From an uncultured Planctomycetaceae bacterium (GTDB lineage: Bacteria; Planctomycetota; Planctomycetia; Pirellulales; Thermoguttaceae): a stretch of DNA of 28,765 bases. The stretch spans positions 1-28,765 of the forward strand of contig CAZFQG010000070.1 in NCBI GenBank assembly GCA_964520785.1, given 5' to 3'. The position numbers and the translations under genes were made by a program. This document shows, in pieces, positions 25,352 to 28,765 of the stretch; positions within the stretch are counted from its first letter, which is position 1; each line of letters begins with the position of its first letter. The notes below the pieces were generated by a model. It searched no databases. It was not told the DNA's origin and saw only the letters and a program-made list of their open reading frames with translations.

Positions 25352-25957
25352 TCATACTTCATCAAGCGGGGCCACCTTGACCGTCTCCGTGTCCACGATC
25401 TCGGTGACGACGACCCGTTTTCCGGGAGCGAGCGCGTCGCCATCCGTCACGGCGGCCAATTCGACGGTCCTCTCCCGCAAATTCAACTGTATTTTGCCCT
25501 GTCCGCGTTCCTCCGCGGGGATCGTGACGTAGACGGAGCCGTGAGAGCCAACGGCTAATCCGACGTGCGCCGTTCCATCGGATTGTAGCGATTTCAGCAT
25601 TTCCATAACCCAATATACCCCGTACATGGCCGCGATGCCGGAAGCGGTCGCCAGCAATAGGGTCTGGAAGGGATGCAGCCCGGCCGACTGCCCCCCCAGT
25701 CCGGCGACGCCGAAGAACGCGGCGGCGGCGACCAGCGTGCGGAATGAGATTACTCCGAACAACCATGAGGAGTTGAGGTGGTCATCGGCCCCGTCGCCGC
25801 TGAAGTCGGTATTGGGGCTAATATCCAAATCGGCGTCGACATCATCCGGCAGGTCGAGATCGAGGGCGTCTCCCCCCAACCCGATGACGGTCATCAGAAA
25901 CTGCAACAGCAAAATCGTGCCCCCGATCGCGGCACAGGACACGTAGAGAACAGCCAT
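25352..25957 (-). CDS. NfeD-family membrane protein (YuaF/NfeD1b-like, short form) partner of FloT
   Basis: ATG at 25957 with GGGAGG upstream. Two to three TM helices (MAVLYVSCAAIGGTILLLQFLMTVIGLGG; VISFRTLVAAAAFFGVAGLGG; LLLATASGIAAMYGVYWVM). C-terminal OB-fold-like region GQGKIQLNLRERTVELAAVTDGDALAPGKRVVVTEIVDTETVKVAPL. It ends 26 nt before floT. Confidence 0.7.
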   Translation of the reverse strand: MAVLYVSCAAIGGTILLLQFLMTVIGLGGDALDLDLPDDVDADLDISPNTDFSGDGADDHLNSSWLFGVISFRTLVAAAAFFGVAGLGGQSAGLHPFQTLLLATASGIAAMYGVYWVMEMLKSLQSDGTAHVGLAVGSHGSVYVTIPAEERGQGKIQLNLRERTVELAAVTDGDALAPGKRVVVTEIVDTETVKVAPLDEV

Positions 25958-26429
25958 CGGACAAGCCTCCCAATTCCAAGAACGGACGAATCGACAAAAA
26001 GACACGAAATAATTCTAGCACCCAAAGGACAGGTCAACAACCGACCGGAACCGTGGACTGGCAACGTCGAATCACGTTCCCACGTCTTTTTTCGGCCACG
26101 TAACGGAACCGCCGGCCCAAACTGGGCACTTTTCGCATCGATTTCGAGATGGTATTTATACCGGGTTTCTCTAACAGCAATTCGCCCAACCCCCACCTCT
26201 TATTGGGTCGACCAACACGATTTTCCCAACAGCCTCTTGGGTAGGTTGGTTTTGTTGGTTTTCAGGAACCGATTGTAGGTCTTGTGGGAGGCAACGATTG
26301 TACCTGCCGGACATGCTGTTTAACCCATTAATGATAAAAAACAACTTTATCCACCAACTTCGTTTCTTACTTTTTTCTTCTTCGTTTTCTTCGATCAATC
26401 CCTTGTGGAAATCGGCATCTCCGCTTACA

Positions 26430-26463
26430 CTGGTAATACAAGTGTTATTTGTGGTCTTACCAG
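26430..26463. promoter_or_regulatory. Inverted repeat CTGGTAA-N20-TTACCAG in the AT-rich region upstream of the GntR/FCD regulator gene; candidate operator
   Basis: ctggtaatacaagtgttatttgtggtcttaccag: perfect 7-bp arms. The core contains ACAAGTG...TTTGT, loosely resembling the GT-N-AC half-sites favoured by FadR-type GntR regulators. ~95 nt upstream of ATG 26556. Confidence 0.3.
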
Positions 26464-26555
26464 GAGTATTCCCTCGTGCCGGACGGCGGATAGGAGTCTT
26501 GTTCCTTTTGGCTACCGAGTCAGCATTTTTCATCGATGATGTGAAACAGGCCACG

Positions 26556-27215
26556 ATGGTGGAGATGATCGCGCGGCGATTGATCCGGAATATCGTGGAG
26601 GAGGGGCTCGTGCAGGGGGACAAAATGCCCTCGGAGCGGGAGATGTCCGAGCAACTCGGCGTCAGTCGTCTTCCCCTCCGCGAAGCGATTTGTATGCTCA
26701 AGGGAATGGGTCTGCTGGAAACGAGGCATGGCAAGGGAATCTTCGTGCGAGATCTCGATTTGGCGGCCGTTTACGGAATGCTGTCGCCGCTGCTGAAGCT
26801 GGACCGGGTGGGAGTCGACCAGATATTTTCGGTGCGGATTCCGCTGGAGACGGCTATGGCGGAGCACGCCGCCCGTTACCGGACGCCGGAGCATCTGGCG
26901 GTGATGAAGGTGGCGATCAACGGGATGAAGGAGCGGCTGTACGATCGGATCGTCTATCATCGGAACGATACCGCGTTCCACGTCGCCGTTTCCGAAGCGA
27001 CCGGGAATCCGGCGTTCCGCGTGATGATGATGTCAATTGTCGGCCTAGTGGCCCAATTGCAGTACCGCTACATGGACGACGTTGAATACCGCGCCGCGGC
27101 GCTGATCGAGCACGAACGGATTTTCGAGGCGATCCGCGAACAGGACTCGCGGGAAGCGAGGGAAGCGGCCCTGGAGCACTTGGAAAACGCGCCGGCCCGA
27201 TTGGCCGCCGATTGA
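26556..27215 (+). CDS. GntR-family transcriptional regulator, FadR/FCD subfamily
   Basis: The ORF frame opens far upstream in an AT-rich stretch that is atypical for coding in this genome. Plausible starts are ATG 26556 or GTG 26541. N-terminal winged HTH is typical of GntR (MPSEREMSEQLGVSRLPLREAICMLKGMGLLETRHGKGIFV). C-terminal all-helical FCD domain (FHVAVSEATGNPAF...). NanR-type sialic-acid regulators belong to this subfamily, but no specific assignment is made. Confidence 0.8.
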   Translation: MVEMIARRLIRNIVEEGLVQGDKMPSEREMSEQLGVSRLPLREAICMLKGMGLLETRHGKGIFVRDLDLAAVYGMLSPLLKLDRVGVDQIFSVRIPLETAMAEHAARYRTPEHLAVMKVAINGMKERLYDRIVYHRNDTAFHVAVSEATGNPAFRVMMMSIVGLVAQLQYRYMDDVEYRAAALIEHERIFEAIREQDSREAREAALEHLENAPARLAAD

Positions 27216-27354
27216 TTCCATCTCGTCGCGGTCGCGCCGCGAGTCCGTTCGCCAAGGCGGTGCCGCGATAGAACACCCCGAATGGCCTATACGTCGATCA
27301 CGGTCGAGAAACCGTGTTTCATTTCATTGTCTTCGCTATTGAGGAGGTCTTCCA

Positions 27355-28554
27355 ATGACAAGGGTTTCGTTGTGTTGCGCAGCCGGACCATTGCTGCTGA
27401 GTTTCTGTCTTTCTCCGGTTCATGCCGGCGCCGTCGCGGTCGGCACGTCGAAACTGATCGACGCGCTCGATTACAGCGACACGTTTACCGATGGTACGTT
27501 CAACCGTCCCGAGGCGGACGGAGCTTACCCGCCACTGCCGGAGGTAATGCTCGTCGAGAATTGCTACGGCAATCCGCAGCGTTCCTTCCCGGGAACGGCC
27601 TTCAGCCACAATAAGGACGCCAACGCCTATGGCGCCGGCGCCAATCCATTTCCCGGCACGAGTGGAGCCGGTTCCGACGGTGGTTTCACCCAAACCGGAT
27701 ACCACCACGCACTCACATTCGGCTTTCCCTACTCGAGCGAATTGGAGCCCAACGCCGAGACGGGCCACTTTGGCACGGCCCTTCGCGATTCGTTCGTTTT
27801 CCAGTTGGACGCAGTGCAGACGAGTGAATGGGTGGGGCTTCTGGTCGGAGAAGACTACAACTATGGCAACGCGAACAACCTTTTCATCCACTTCTGCCCC
27901 TCGACGGATACGGAACCGGGCGCGGCGGTCGTTTATCGGAATATCCAGGACGTCCGGGGGACCAAGGTAGCCGACCTTGCGCCCGGCACGTGCAACGACA
28001 ATACCTGGCAGAACTACGCCGTCGCCCTTCTGCCGGACAACGAGTTGAAAATCTACTTGAACGAGGAACTGCTGGCCGACGTCGATCTGGCCGACGTCGA
28101 CGGATACGCGTGGACGGCCGCCGGAGCGGGAGAGGCCAGGACCGGAATCGACTACACCGGTTTTACCGCCCCGACGATTCTGACCTTCGCCTTCAATCAG
28201 ATCGTCAAGACCGATTTCCGCGTCATGTGGACCGACAACTGGCAGGTGGGAACGCCTTCCGACTTCGTTCTGGAAGGAGGTGTCCCCGACCTCATTCCCG
28301 GCGATCTCGATGGCGACGGTTTCGTCGGCAGTTCCGACTTGGACATCGTCCGCGCCAACTGGGGACAGACGGTTCCGGCCGGTTCGCTGGCGCAGGGAGA
28401 TCCCTCGGAGGACGGACTCGTCGGCAGCGCCGATCTGGATATCGTCCGCGCGAATTGGGGCCGATCCACCGCCGCGGCCGTTCCCGAGCCGGTCGGCTTC
28501 GTCCTTCTGGCTTGCGGATTTCTGGTCCTTGCGTTAAGGTGGAAACGGGAATAG
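27355..28554 (+). CDS. Secreted protein with LamG/lectin-like core, two dockerin-like repeats and a C-terminal PEP-CTERM anchor
   Basis: ATG 27355 preceded by GAGGAGG SD. MTRVSLCCAAGPLLLSFCLSPVHAGA is a signal peptide. GDLDGDGFVGSSDLDIVRANWGQ and DPSEDGLVGSADLDIVRANWGRS are dockerin type-I-like repeats. VPEPVGFVLLACGFLVLALRWKRE is a PEP-CTERM motif. The last ~260 nt are near-identical in architecture, and highly similar at nucleotide level, to the 3' end of the gene at 491..2170. Confidence 0.8.
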   Translation: MTRVSLCCAAGPLLLSFCLSPVHAGAVAVGTSKLIDALDYSDTFTDGTFNRPEADGAYPPLPEVMLVENCYGNPQRSFPGTAFSHNKDANAYGAGANPFPGTSGAGSDGGFTQTGYHHALTFGFPYSSELEPNAETGHFGTALRDSFVFQLDAVQTSEWVGLLVGEDYNYGNANNLFIHFCPSTDTEPGAAVVYRNIQDVRGTKVADLAPGTCNDNTWQNYAVALLPDNELKIYLNEELLADVDLADVDGYAWTAAGAGEARTGIDYTGFTAPTILTFAFNQIVKTDFRVMWTDNWQVGTPSDFVLEGGVPDLIPGDLDGDGFVGSSDLDIVRANWGQTVPAGSLAQGDPSEDGLVGSADLDIVRANWGRSTAAAVPEPVGFVLLACGFLVLALRWKRE

Positions 28555-28765
28555 GGGCGGGCTTCTTGCCTGTCCACGATGCCCGTGCATCGAGCATTCG
28601 CCTACCCGAAGGGCATAAGTCAAACGGAGGGGGGAGACGGACGGCCGGGATTGCCCCGTCCGTCTCCGTGCCCCCAGTGTCAAATCCCTGTTCTTAAACC
28701 CCCATCGATACCATGAAACGCAAAGCATTTACCTCTGTAGGGGCCGTTTGTCAACCGTTTTTTGG

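Noticed and set aside
23185-25380. 731-aa plus-strand ORF overlapping the flotillin gene
   Set aside because: Low-complexity Gly/Leu/Arg/Asp translation (GLGLQLGEDGG...). The minus strand encodes a textbook flotillin with SPFH core and EA coiled coil.
26298-26555. Upstream 86-codon extension of the GntR regulator ORF
   Set aside because: The stretch is AT-rich, has atypical codon usage for this genome, and encodes Phe/Leu/Ser/Ile-rich low-complexity sequence. The GntR HTH begins right after ATG 26556.
1-28765. tRNA, rRNA, tmRNA or RNase P RNA genes
   Set aside because: I looked for T-loop-like GGTTCGAnTCC motifs and conserved RNase P sequence blocks (for example GGAAAGTCCGGGCTCC) in the gene-free stretches (1-490, 16050-16640, 21441-22124, 26006-26555) and found none by eye.
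28713-28765. Possible start of another + strand gene (MKRKAFTSVGAVCQPFF...) at the window edge
   Set aside because: Only 17 codons are visible and there is no convincing SD; too little to call.

Overview
High-GC window (about 60 to 65 percent GC by eye) with two short AT-rich islands. It is most consistent with a Planctomycetota chromosome segment, an inference from the DUF1559/H-X9-DG prepilin-like protein and the dockerin plus PEP-CTERM secreted proteins. I support 21 protein-coding genes and find no rRNA, tRNA or CRISPR. Main content: (1) two secreted PEP-CTERM proteins with paired dockerin-like repeats, one at each end of the window; (2) two separate flotillin/NfeD operons, FloA-type at 3.5 to 6.4 kb with a co-oriented Pro-rich membrane protein and a PII (GlnB-family) gene downstream, and FloT-type at 22.1 to 26.0 kb translationally coupled to a large secreted hydrolase-like protein; (3) a squalene-hopene cyclase; (4) a glycan/sialic-acid-utilisation-like cluster at 11 to 21.5 kb with a DapA/NanA-family aldolase, a tyrosine phenol-lyase/tryptophanase-family gene interrupted by a single in-frame TAA, two GH33-type sialidases with Asp-boxes (one with the FRIP motif), a third Asp-box beta-propeller protein with a LamG domain, a Gfo/Idh/MocA-like oxidoreductase, a secreted thioredoxin-like protein, and a GntR/FCD regulator further downstream. 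Non-coding features: a 17-bp x4 tandem repeat plus an A9 tract upstream of one sialidase, a near-consensus sigma70-like promoter with a long leader before the lyase gene, several strong hairpins, and a 685-bp gene-free convergent spacer with purine-rich and pyrimidine-rich arms. Coordinates derived by counting in the raw sequence, rather than from the ORF track, may be off by 1 to 2 nt.
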